Part shown: positions 39,601 through 53,400 of the stretch, in pieces
How positions within the stretch are numbered: position 1 is the stretch's first letter
Layout of the letters: each line of letters begins with the position of its first letter
Assembly (NCBI GenBank): GCA_964016885.1
Contig: OZ024764.1
Coordinates: forward strand, 18,972,001 to 19,036,000
Origin: Eledone cirrhosa
Lineage: Eukaryota
Direction: 5' to 3'
Length of the DNA stretch: 64,000 bases
Made by a program: the position numbers and the translations under genes
The notes under the pieces: model-generated
The model's database searches: none
The model's input: the letters and a program-made list of their open reading frames with translations, nothing else
What the model was told of the DNA's origin: nothing

Positions 39601-42600
39601 GTGGTCATGTAGGTGTCACAACAAAAAGTACCAAGTCCACACTGTAGAGTGGTCAGGTAGGTATCATGACAAAAAGTACCCAGTCCACACTGTAAAGTGG
39701 TCATGTAGGTATCATGACAAAAAGTACCCAGTCCACACTGTAAAGTGGTAATGTAGGTGTCACAAAAAAAAACAACACCCAGTCCACACTGTAAAGTGGT
39801 CATGTAGGTGTCACGACAAAAAGTACCCAGTCCACCTCTGTAAAGTGGTCATGTAGGTGTCACAACAAAATATACCCAGTCCACACTGTAAAGTGGTCAT
39901 GTAGGTGTCACAACAAAAAGTACCCAGTCCACACTGTAAAGTGGTCATGTAGGTGTCACAACAAAAAGTACCCAGTCCACACTGTAAAGTGGTCATGTAG
40001 GTGTCACAACAAAAAGTACCCAGTCCACACTGTAAAGTGGTCATGTAGGTGTCACAACAAAAAGTACCCAGTCCACACTGTAAAGTGGTCATGTAGATGT
40101 CACAACAAAAAGTACCCAGTCCACCCTGTAAAGTGGTCATATATGTGTCACAACAAAAATTACCCAGTCCACCCTGTAAAGTGGTCATGTATGTGTCACA
40201 ACAAAAAGTACCCAGTCCACACTGTAAAGTGGTCATGTATGTGTCACAACAAAAAGTACCCAGTCCACACTGTAAAGTGGTCATGTAGGTGTCACAACAA
40301 AAAGTACCCAGTCCACACTGTAAAGTGGTCATGTAGGTGTCATAACAAAAAGTACCCAGTCCACACTGTAGAGTGGTCAGGTAGGTATCATGACAAAAAG
40401 TACCCAGTCCACACTGTAAAGTGGTCATGTAGGTGTCATAACAAAAAGTACCCAGTCCACACTGTAAAGTGGTCAGGTAGGTGTCACAACAAAAAGTACC
40501 CAGTCCACACTGTAAAGTGGTCATGTAGGTGTCACAACAAAAAGTACCCAGTCCACACTGTAAAGTGGTCATGTAGGTGTCATAACAAAAAGTACCCAGT
40601 CCACACTGTAAAGTGGGCAGGTAGGTGTCACAACAAAAAGTACCCAGTCCACACTGTAAAGTGGTCATGTAGGTGTCACAACAAAAAGTACCCAGTCCAC
40701 ACTGTAAAGTGGTCATGTATGTGTCACAACAAAAAGTACCCAGTCCACACTGTAAAGTGGTCATGTAGGTGTCACAACAAAAAGTACCCAGTCCACACTG
40801 TAAAGTAGTCATGTAGGTGTCATAACAAAAAGTACCCAGTCCACACTGTAAAGTGGTCAGGTAGGTGTCACAACAAAAAGTACCCAGTCCACACTGTAAA
40901 GTGGTCATGTAGGTGTCACAACAAAAAGCACCCAGTCCACACTGTAAAGTGGTCATGTAGGTGTCATAACAAAAAGTACCCAGTCCACACTGTAAAGTGG
41001 TCAGGTAGGTGTCACAACAAAAAGTACCCAGTCCACACTGTAAAGTGGTCATGTAGGTGTCATAACAAAAAGTACCCAGTCCACACTGTAAAGTGGTCAG
41101 GTAGGTGGCACAACAAAAAGTACCCAGTCCACACTGTAAAGTGGTCATGTAGGTGTCACAACAAAAAGTACCAAGTCCACACTGTAGAGTGGTCAGGTAG
41201 GTATCATGACAAAAAGTACCCAGTCCACACTGTAAAGTGGTCAGGTAGGTATCATGACAAAAAGTACCCAGTCCACACTGTAAAGTGGTAATGTAGGTGT
41301 CACAAAAAAAAACAACACCCAGTCCACACTGTAAAGTGGTCATGTAGGTGTCACAACAAAAAGTACCCAGTCCACCTCTGTAAAGTGGTCATGTAGGTGT
41401 CACAACAAAAAGTACCCAGTCCACACTGTAAAGTGGTCATGTAGGTGTCATAACAAAAAGTACCCAGTCCACACTGTAGAGTGGTCATGTAGGTGTCATA
41501 ACAAAAAGTACCCAGTCCACACTGTAAAGTGGTCATGTAGGTGTCATAACAAAAAGTACCCAGTCCACACTGTAACGTGGTCAGGTAGGTATCATGACAA
41601 AAAGTACCCAGTCCACACTGTAAAGTGGTCATGTAGGTGTCACAACAAAAAGTACCCAGTCCACACTGTAACGTGGTCAGGTAGGTATCATGACAAAAAG
41701 TACCCAGTCCACACTGTAAAGTGGTCATGTAGGTGTCATAACAAAAAGTACCCAGTCCACACTGTAAAGTGGTCATGTAGGTGTCATAACAAAAAGTACC
41801 CAGTCCACACTGTAACGTGGTCAGGTAGGTATCATGACAAAAAGTACCCAGTCCACACTGTAAAGTGGTCATGTAGGTGTCACAACAAAAAGTACCCAGT
41901 CCACACTGTAAAGTAGTCATGTAGGTGTCATAACAAAAAGTACCCAGTCCACACTGTAAAGTGGTCAGGTAGGTGTCACAACAAAAAGTACCCAGTCCAC
42001 ACTGTAAAGTGGTCATGTAGGTGTCACAACAAAAAGCACCCAGTCCACACTGTAAAGTGGTCATGTAGGTGTCATAACAAAAAGTACCCAGTCCACACTG
42101 TAAAGTGGTCAGGTAGGTGTCACAACAAAAAGTACCCAGTCCACACTGTAAAGTGGTCATGTAGGTGCCACAACAAAAAGTACCCAGTCCACACTGTAAA
42201 GTGGTCATGTATGTGTCACAATAAAAAGTACCCAGTCCACACTGTAAAGTGGTCATGTAGGTGTCACAACAAAAAGTACCCAGTCCACACTGTAAAGTGG
42301 TCATGTAGGTGTCATAACAAAAAGTACCCAGTCCACACTGTAGAGTGGTCAGGTAGGTATCATGACAAAAAGTACCCAGTCCACACTGTAAAGTGGTAAT
42401 GTAGGTGTCACAAAAAAAAACAACACCCAGTCCACACTGTAAAGTGGTCATGTAGCTGTCACGACAAAAAGTACCCAGTCCACCTCTGTAAAGTGGTCAT
42501 GTAGGTGTCACAACAAAAAGTACCCAGTCCACACTGTAAAGTGGTCATGTAGGTGTCACAACGAAAAGTACCCAGTCCACACTGTAAAGTGGTCATGTAG

Positions 42601-43689
42601 GTGTCATAACAAAACGTACCCAGTCCACACTGTAAAGTGGTCAGGTAGGTGTCACAACAAAAAGTACCCAGTCCACACTGTAAAGTGGTCATGTAGGTGT
42701 CACAACAAAAAGTACCCAGTCCACACTCTAAAGTGGTCATGTAGGTGTCATAACAAAAAGCACCCAGTCCACACTGTAAAGTGGTCAGGTAGGTGGCACA
42801 ACAAAAAGTACCTAGTCCACACTGTAAAGTGGTCATGTAGGTGTCACAACAAAAAGTACCAAGTCCACACTGTAGAGTGGTCAGGTAGGTATCATGACAA
42901 AAAGTACCCAGTCCACACTGTAAAGTGGTCATGTAGGTATCATGACAAAAAGTACCCAGTCCACACTGTAAAGTGGTAATGTAGGTGTCACAAAAAAAAA
43001 CAACACCCAGTCCACACTGTAAAGTGGTCATGTAGGTGTCACGACAAAGAGTACCCAGTCCACCTCTGTAAAGTGGTCATGTAGGTGTCACAACAAAAAG
43101 TACCCAGTCCACACTGTAAAGTGGTCATGTAGGTGTCACAACAAAAAGTACCCAGTCCACACTGTAATGTGGTCATGTAGGTGTCACAACAAAAAGTACT
43201 CAGTCCACACTGTAAAGTGGTCATGTAGGTGTCACAACAAAAAGTACCCAGTCCACCCTGTAAAGTGGTCATGTAGGTGTCACAACAAAAAGTACCCAGT
43301 CCACACTGTAAAGTGGTCATGTAGCTGTCACAACAAAAAGTACCCAATCCACACTGTAATGTGGTCATACAGGTTTCACAACAAAAAGTACCCAGTCCAC
43401 ACTGTAATGTGGTCATATAGGTGTCACAACAAAAAGTACCCAGTCCACACTGTAAAGTGGTCATGTAGGTGTCACAACAAAAAGTACCCAGTCCACACTG
43501 TAAAGTGGACATGTAGGTGTCATGACAAAAAGTACCCAGTCCACACTGTAAAGTGGTCATGTAGGTGTCACAACAAAAAGTACCCAGTCCACACTGTAAA
43601 GTGGTCATGTAGGTGTCACAACAAAAAGTACCCAGTCCACACTGTAAAGTGGTCATGTAGGTGTCACAACAAAAAGTACCCAGGCCACC

Positions 43690-44450
43690 CTGTAAAGTGG
43701 TCATGTAGGTGTCACAACAAAATATACCCAGTCCACACTGTAAAGTGATCATGTAGGTGTCACAACAAAAAGTACCCAGTCCACACTGTAAAGTGGTCAT
43801 GTAGGTGTCACAACAAAAAGTACCCAGTCCACACTGTAAAGTGGTCATGTAGGTGTCACAACAAAAAGTACCCAGTCCACCCTGTAAAGTGGTCATATAT
43901 GTGTCACAACAAAAGGTACCCAGTCCACCCTGTAAAGTGGTCATGTATGTGTCACAACAAAAAGTACCCAGTCCACACTGTAAAGTGGTCATGTATGTGT
44001 CACAACAAAAAGTACCCAGTCCACACTGTAAAGTGGTCATGTAGGTGTCACAACAAAAAGTACCCAGTCTACACTGTAAAGTGGTCATGTAGGTGTCACA
44101 ACAAAATATACCCAGTCCACACTGTAAAGTGATCATGTAGGTGTCACAACAAAAAGTACCCAGTCCACACTGTAAAGTGGTCATGTAGGTGTCACAACAA
44201 AAAGTACCCAGTCCACACTGTAAAGTGGTCATGTAGGTGTCACAACAAAAAGTACCCAGTCCACCCTGTAAAGTGGTCATATATGTGTCACAACAAAAGG
44301 TACCCAGTCCACCCTGTAAAGTGGTCATGTATGTGTCACAACAAAAAGTACCCAGTCCACACTGTAAAGTAGTCATGTATGTGTCACAACAAAAAGTACC
44401 CAGTCCACACTGTAAAGTGGTCATGTAGGTGTCACAACAAAAAGTACCCA
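43690..44450. repeat. Tandem 8-mer (384-bp) duplication
   Basis: The AAAATATAC...AGTGATCATG pair occurs at about 43719-43753 and 44103-44137. ORFs 43853 and 44237 are identical. Confidence 0.85.
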
Positions 44451-47400
44451 GTCCACACTGTAAAGTGGTCATGTATGTGTCACAACAAAAAGTACCCAGT
44501 CCACACTGTAAAGTGGTCATGTAGGTATCATGACAAAAAGTAACCAGTCCACACTGTAAAGTGGTCATGTAGGTATCATGACAAAAAGTACCCAGTCCAC
44601 ACTGTAAAGTGGTAATGTAGGTGTCACAAAAAAAAACAACACCCAGTCCACACTGTAAAGTGGTCATGTAGGTGTCACAACAAAAAGTACCAAGTCCACA
44701 CTGTAGAGTGGTCAGGTAGGTATCATGACAAAAAGTACCCAGTCCACACTGTAAGGTGGTCATGTAGGTATCATGACAAAAAGTACCCAGTCCACACTGT
44801 AAAGTGGTAATGTAGGTGTCACAAAAAAAAACAACACCCAGTCCACACTGTAAAGTGGTCATGTAGGTGTCACGACAAAAAGTACCCAGTCCACCTCTGT
44901 AAAGTGGTCATGTAGGTGTCACAACAAAAAGTACCCAGTCCACACTGTAAAGTGGTCATGTAGGTGTCACAACAAAAAGTACCCAGTCCACACTGTAATG
45001 TGGTCATACAGGTTTCACAACAAAAAGTACCCAGTCCACACTGTAATGTGGTCATATAGGTGTCGCAACAAAAAGTACCCAGTCCACACTGTAAAGTGGT
45101 GATGTAGGTGTCACAACAAAAAGTACCCAGTCCACACTGTAAAGTGGACATGTAGGTGTCATGACAAAAAGTACCCAGTCCACACTGTAAAGTGGTCATG
45201 TAGGTGTCACAACAAAAAGTACCCAGTCCACACTGTAAAGTGGTCATGTAGGTGTCACAACAAAAAGTACCCAGTCCACACTGTAAAGTGGTCATGTAGG
45301 TGTCACAACAAAAAGTACCCAGGCCACACTGTAAAGTGGTCATGTAGGTGTCACAACAAAATATACCCAGTCCACACTGTAAAGTGGTCATGTAGGTGTC
45401 ACAACAAAAAGTACCCAGTCCACACTGTAAAGTGGTCATGTAGGTGTCACAACAAAAAGTACCCAGTCCACACTGTAAAGTGGTCATGTAGGTGTCACAA
45501 CAAAAAGTACCCAGTCCACCCTGTAAAGTGGTCATATATGTGTCACAACAAAAGGTACCCAGTCCACCCTGTAAAGTGGTCATGTATGTGTCACAACAAA
45601 AAGTACCCAGTCCACACTGTAAAGTGGACATGTAGGTGTCATAACAAAAAGTACCCAGTCCACACTGTAAAGTGGTCATGTAGGTGTCACAACAAAAAGT
45701 ACCCAGTCCACACTGTAAAGTGGTCATGTAGGTGTCACAACAAAAAGTACCCAGGCCACACTGTAAAGTGGTCATGTAGGTGTCACAACAAAAAGTACCC
45801 AGTCCACACTGTAAAGTGGTCATGTAGGTGTCACAACAAAAAGTACCCAGTCCACACTGTAAAGTGGTCATGTAGGTGTCACAACAAAAAGTACCCAGTC
45901 CACACTGTAAAGTGGTGATGTAGGTGTCACAACAAAAAGTACCCAGTCCACACTGTAAAGTGGACATGTAGGTGTCATGACAAAAAGTACCCAGTCCACA
46001 CTGTAAAGTGGTCATGTAGGTGTCACAACAAAAAGTACCCAGTCCACACTGTAAAGTGGTCATGTAGGTGTCACAACAAAAAGTACCCAGTCCACACTGT
46101 AAAGTGGTCATGTAGGTGTCACAACAAAAAGTACCCAGGCCACACTGTAAAGCGGTCATGTAGGTGTCACAACAAAAAGTACCCAGTCCACACTGTAAAG
46201 TGGTCATGTAGGTGTCACAACAAAAAGTACCCAGTCCACCCTGTAAAGTGGTCATATATGTGTCACAACAAAAGGTACCCAGTCCACCCTGTAAAGTGGT
46301 CATGTATGTGTCACAACAAAAAGTACCCAGTCCACACTGTAAAGTGGTGATGTAGGTGTCACAACAAAAAGTACCCAGTCCACACTGTAAAGTGGACATG
46401 TAGGTGTCATGACAAAAAGTACCCAGTCCACACTGTAAAGTGGTCATGTAGGTGTCACAACAAAAAGTACCCAGTCCACACTGTAAAGTGGTCATGTAGG
46501 TGTCACAACAAAAAGTACCCAGTCCACACTGTAAAGTGGTCATGTAGGTGTCACAACAAAAAGTACCCAGGCCACACTGTAAAGTGGTCATGTAGGTGTC
46601 ACAACAAAAAGTACCCAGTCCACACTGTAAAGTGGTCATGTAGGTCTCACAACAAAAAGTACCCAGTCCACCCTGTAAAGTGGTCATATATGTGTCACAA
46701 CAAAAGGTACCCAGTCCACCCTGTAAAGTGGTCATGTATGTGTCACAACAAAAAGTACCCAGTCCACACTGTAAAGTGGACATGTATGTGTCACAACAAA
46801 AAGTACCCAGTCCACACTGTAAAGTGGTCATGTAGGTGTCACAACAAAAAGTACCCAGTCCACACTGTAAAGTGGTCATGTAGGTGTCACAACAAAAAGT
46901 ACCCAGTCCACACTGTAAAGTGGTCATGTAGGTGTCACAACAAAAAGTACCCAGCCCACACTGTAAAGTGGTCATGTAGGTGTCACAACAAAAAGTACCC
47001 AGTCCACACTGTAAAGTGGTCATGTAGGTGTCACAACAAAAAGTACCCAGTCCACCCTGTAAAGTGGTCATATATGTGTCACAACAAAAAGTACCCAGTC
47101 CACCCTGTAAAGTGGTCATGTATGTGTCACAACAAAAAGTACCCAGTCCACACTGTAAAGTGGTCATGTATGTGTCACAACAAAATTACCCAGTCCACAC
47201 TGTAAAGTGGTCATGTAGGTGTCACAACAAAAAGTACCCAGTCCACACTGTAAAGTGGTCATGTAGGTGTCATAACAAAAAGTACCCAGTCCACACTGTA
47301 GAGTGGTCAGGTAGGTATCATGACAAAAAGTACCCAGTCCACACTGTAAAGTGGTCATGTAGGTGTCACAACAAAAAGTACCCAGTCCACACTGTAAAGT

Positions 47401-50400
47401 GGTCATGTAGGTGTCATAACAAAAAGTACCCAGTCCACACTATAAAGTGGTCAGGTAGGTGTCACAACAAAAAGTACCCAGTCCACACTGTAAAGTGGTC
47501 ATGTAGGTGTCACAACAAAAAGTACCCAGTCCACACTGTAAAGTGGTCATGTAGGTGTCATAACAAAAAGTACCCAGTCCACACTGTAAAGTGGTCAGAT
47601 AGGTGTCACAACAAAAAGTACCCAGTCCACACTGTAAAGTGGTCATGTAGGTGTCATGACAAAAAGTACCCAGTCCACACTGTAACGTGGTCATGTAGGT
47701 GTCACAACAAAAAGTACCCAGTCCACACTGTAAAGTGGTCATGTAGGTGTCACAACAAAAAGTACCCAGTCCACACTGTAAAGTGGTCATGTAGGTGTCA
47801 CAACAAAAAGTACCCAGTCCACACTGTAAAGTGGTCATGTAGGTGTCACAACAAAAAGTACCCAGTCCACCCTGTAAAGTGGTCATATATGTGTCACAAC
47901 AAAAATTACCCAGTCCACCCTGTAAAGTGGTCATGTATGTGTCACAACAAAAAGTACCCAGTCCACACTGTAAAGTGGTCATGTATGTGTCACAACAAAA
48001 AGTACCCAGTCCACACTGTAAAGTGGTCATGTAGGTGTCACAACAAAAAGTACCCAGTCCACACTGTAAAGTGGTCATGTAGGTGTCATAACAAAAAGTA
48101 CCCAGTCCACACTGTAGAGTGGTCAGGTAGGTATCATGACAAAAAGTACCCAGTCCACACTGTAAAGTGGTCATGTAGGTGTCACAACAAAAAGTACCCA
48201 GTCCACACTGTAAAGTGGTCATGTAGGTGTCATAACAAAAAGTACCCAGTCCACACTGTAAAGTGGTCATGTAGGTGTCACAACAAAAAGTACCCAGTCC
48301 ACACTGTAAAGTGGTCATGTAGGTGTCATAACAAAAAGTACCCAGTCCACACTGTAAAGTGGGCAGGTAGGTGTCACAACAAAAAGTACCCAGTCCACAC
48401 TGTAAAGTGGTCATGTAGGTGTCACAACAAAAAGTACCCAGTCCACACTGTAAAGTGGTCATGTATGTGTCACAACAAAAAGTACCCAGTCCACACTGTA
48501 AAGTGGTCATGTAGGTGTCACAACAAAAAGTACCCAGTCCACACTGTAAAGTGGTCATGTAGGTGTCATAACAAAAAGTACCCAGTCCACACTGTAGAGT
48601 GGTCAGGTAGGTATCATGACAAAAAGTACCCAGTCCACACTGTAAAGTGGTCATGTAGGTGTCACAACAAAAAGTACCCAGTCCACACTGTAAAGTGGTC
48701 AGGTAGGTGTCACAACAAAAAGTACCCAGTCCACACTGTAAAGTGGTCATGTAGGTGTCATAACAAAAAGTACCCAGTCCACACTGTAAAGTGGTCAGGT
48801 AGGTGGCACAACAAAAAGTACCCAGTCCACACTGTAAAGTGGTCATGTAGGTATCATGACAAAAAGTACCCAGTCCACACTGTAAAGTGGTAATGTAGGT
48901 GTCACAAAAAAAAACAACACCCAGTCCACACTGTAAAGTGGTCATGTATGTGTCACAACAAAAAGTACCCAGTCCACACTGTAAAGTGGTCAGATAGGTG
49001 TCACAACAAAAAGTACCCAGTCCACACTGTAAAGTGGTCATGTAGGTGTCATGACAAAAAGTACCCAGTCCACACTGTAACGTGGTCATGTAGGTGTCAC
49101 AACAAAAAGTACCCAGTCCACACTGTAAAGTGGTCATGTAGGTGTCACAACAAAAAGTACCCAGTCCACACTGTAAAGTGGGCAGGTAGGTATCATGACA
49201 AAAAGTACCCAGTCCACACTGTAAAGTGGTCATGTAGGTGTCACAACAAAAAGTACCCAGTCCACACTGTAAAGTAGTCATGTAGGTGTCATAACAAAAA
49301 GTACCCAGTCCACACTGTAAAGTGGTCAGGTAGGTGTCACAACAAAAAGTACCCAGTCCACACTGTAAAGTGGTCATGTAGGTGTCACAACAAAAAGTAC
49401 CCAGTCCACACTGTAAAGTGGTCATGTAGGTGTCATAACAAAAAGTACCCAGTCCACACTGTAAAGTGGTCAGGTAGGTGTCACAACACAAAGTACCCAG
49501 TCCACACTGTAAAGTGGTCATGTAGGTGTCACAACAAAAAGTACCCAGTCCACACTGTAAAGTGGTCATGTATGTGTCACAACAAAAAGTACCCAGTCCA
49601 CACTGTAAAGTGGTCATGTAGGTGTCACAACAAAAAGTACCCAGTCCACACTGTAAAGTGGTCATGTAGGTGTCATAACAAAAAGTACCCAGTCCACACT
49701 GTAGAGTGGTCAGGTAGGTATCATGACAAAAAGTACCCAGTCCACACTGTAAAGTGGTCATGTAGGTGGCACAACAAAAAGTACCCAGTCCACACTGTAA
49801 AGTAGTCATGTAGGTGTCATAACAAAAAGTACCCAGTCCACACTGTAAAGTGGTCAGGTAGGTGTCACAACAAAAAGTACCCAGTCCACACTGTAAAGTG
49901 GTCATGTAGGTGTCACAACAAAAAGTACCCAGTCCACACTGTAAAGTGGTCAGGTAGGTGTCACAACAAAAAGTACCCAGTCCACACTGTAAAGTGGTCA
50001 TGTAGGTGTCACAACAAAAAGTACCCAGTCCACACTGTAAAGTGGTCATGTATGTGTCACAACAAAAAGTACCCAGTCCACACTGTAAAGTGGTCATGTA
50101 GGTGTCACAACAAAAAGTACCCAGTCCACACTGTAAAGTGGTCATGTAGGTGTCATAACAAAAAGTACCCAGTCCACACTGTAGAGTGGTCAGGTAGGTA
50201 TCATGACAAAAAGTACCCAGTCCACACTGTAAAGTGGTAATGTAGGTGTCACAAAAAAAAACAACACCCAGTCCACACTGTAAAGTGGTCATGTAGGTGT
50301 CACGACAAAAAGTACCCAGTCCACCTCTGTAAAGTGGTCATGTAGGTGTCACAACAAAAAGTACCCAGTCCACACTGTAAAGTGGTCATGTAGGTGTCAC

Positions 50401-53400
50401 ACAAAAAGTACCCAGTCCACACTGTAAAGTGGTCATGTAGGTGTCATAACAAAAAGTACCCAGTCCACACTGTAAAGTGGTCAGGTAGGTGGCACAACAA
50501 AAAGTACCCAGTCCACACTGTAAAGTGGTCATGTAGGTGTCACAACAAAAAGTACCCAGTCCACACTGTAAAGTGGTCATGTAGGTGTCATAACAAAAAG
50601 TACCCAGTCCACACTGTAAAGTGGTCAGGTAGGTGTCACAACAAAAAGTACCCAGTCCACACTGTAAAGTGGTCATGTAGGTGTCATAACAAAAAGTACC
50701 CAGTCCACACTGTAAAGTGGTCAGGTAGGTGGCACAACAAAAAGTACCCAGTCCACACTGTAAAGTGGTCATGTAGGTGTCACAACAAAAAGTACCAAGT
50801 CCACACTGTAGAGTGGTCAGGTAGGTATCATGACAAAAAGTACCCAGTCCACACTGTAATGTGGTCATATAGGTGTCGCAACAAAAAGTACCCAGTCCAC
50901 ACTGTAGAGTGGTGATGTAGGTGTCACAACAAAAAGTACCCAGTCCACACTGTAAAGTGGACATGTAGGTGTCATGACAAAAAGTACCCAGTCCACACTG
51001 TAAAGTGGTCATGTAGGTGTCACAACAAAAAGTACCCAGTCCGCACTGTAAAGTGGTCATGTAGGTGTCACAACAAAAAGTACCCAGTCCACACTGTAAA
51101 GTGGTCATGTAGGTGTCACAACAAAAAGTACCCAGGCCACACTGTAAAGTGGTCATGTAGGTGTCACAACAAAATATACCCAGTCCACACTGTAAAGTGG
51201 TCATGTAGGTGTCACAACAAAAAGTACCCAGTCCACACTGTAAAGTGGTCATGTAGGTGTCACAACAAAAAGTACCCAGTCCACACTGTAAAGTGGTCAT
51301 GTAGGTGTCACAACAAAAAGTACCCAGTCCACCCTGTAAAGTGGTCATATATGTGTCACAACAAAAGGTACCCAGTCCACCATGTAAAGTGGTCATGTAT
51401 GTGTCACAACAAAAAGTACCCAGTCCACACTGTAAAGTGGACGTGTAGGTGTCATAACAAAAAGTACCCAGTCCACACTGTAAAGTGGTCATGTAGGTGT
51501 CACAACAAAAAGTACCCAGTCCACACTGTAAAGTGGTCATGTAGGTGTCACAACAAAAAGTACCCAGTCCACACTGTAAAGTGGTCATGTAGGTGTCACA
51601 ACAAAAAGTACCCAGGCCACACTGTAAAGTGGTCATGTAGGTGTCACAACAAAAAGTACCCAGTCCACACTGTAAAGTGGTCATGTAGGTGTCACAACAA
51701 AAAGTACCCAGTCCACACTGTAAAGTGGTCATGTAGGTGTCACAACAAAAAGTACCCAGTCCACACTGTAAAGTGGTGATGTAGGTGTCACAACAAAAAG
51801 TACCCAGTCCACACTGTAAAGTGGACATGTAGGTGTCATGACAAAAAGTACCCAGTCCACACTGTAAAGTGGTCATGTAGGTGTCACAACAAAAAGTACC
51901 CAGTCCACACTGTAAAGTGGTCATGTAGGTGTCACAACAAAAAGTACCCAGTCCACACTGTAAAGTGGTCATGTAGGTGTCACAACAAAAAGTACCCAGG
52001 CCACACTGTAAAGCGGTCATGTAGGTGTCACAACAAAAAGTACCCAGTCCACACTGTAAAGTGGTCATGTAGGTGTCACAACAAAAAGTACCCAGTCCAC
52101 CCTGTAAAGTGGTCATATATGTGTCACAACAAAAGGTACCCAGTCCACCCTGTAAAGTGGTCATGTATGTGTCACAACAAAAAGTACCCAGTCCACACTG
52201 TAAAGTGGTGATGTAGGTGTCACAACAAAAAGTACCCAGTCCACACTGTAAAGTGGACATGTAGGTGTCATGACAAAAAGTACCCAGTCCACACTGTAAA
52301 GTGGTCATGTAGGTGTCACAACAAAAAGTACCCAGTCCACACTGTAAAGTGGTCATGTAGGTGTCACAACAAAAAGTACCCAGGCCACACTGTAAAGTGG
52401 TCATGTAGGTGTCACAACAAAAAGTACCCAGTCCACACTGTAAAGTGGTCATGTAGGTGTCACAACAAAAAGTACCCAGTCCACCCTGTAAAGTGGTCAT
52501 ATATGTGTCACAACAAAAGGTACCCAGTCCACCCTGTAAAGTGGTCATGTATGTGTCACAACAAAAAGTACCCAGTCCACACTGTAAAGTGGTCATGTAT
52601 GTGTCACAACAAAAAGTACCCAGTCCACACTGTAAAGTGGTCATGTAGGTGTCACAACAAAAAGTACCCAGTCCACACTGTAAAGTGGTCATGTAGGTGT
52701 CACAACAAAAAGTACCCAGTCCACACTGTAAAGTGGTCATGTAGGTGTCACAACAAAAAGTACCCAGTCCACACTGTAAAGTGGTCATGTAGGTATCACA
52801 ACAAAAAGTACCCAGTCCACACTGTAAAGTGGTCATGTAGGTGTCACAACAAAAAGTACCCAGTCCAGCCTGTAAAGTGGTCATATATGTGTCACAACAA
52901 AAAGTACCCAGTCCACCCTGTAAAGTGGTCATGTATGTGTCACAACAAAAAGTACCCAGTCCACACTGTAAAGTGGTCATGTATGTGTCACAACAAAATT
53001 ACCCAGTCCACACTGTAAAGTGGTCATGTAGGTGTCACAACAAAAAGTACCCAGTCCACACTGTAAAGTGGTCATGTAGGTGTCATAACAAAAAGTACCC
53101 AGTCCACACTGTAGAGTGGTCAGGTAGGTATCATGACAAAAAGTACCCAGTCCACACTATAAAGTGGTCAGGTAGGTGTCACAACAAAAAGTACCCAGTC
53201 CACACTGTAAAGTGGTCATGTAGGTGTCACAACAAAAAGTACCCAGTCCACACTGTAAAGTGGTCATGTAGGTGTCACAACAAAAAGTACCCAGTCCACA
53301 CTGTAACGTGGTCATGTAGGTGTCACAACAAAAAGTACCCAGTCCACACTGTAAAGTGGTCATGTAGGTGTCACAACAAAAAGTACCCAGTCCACACTGT

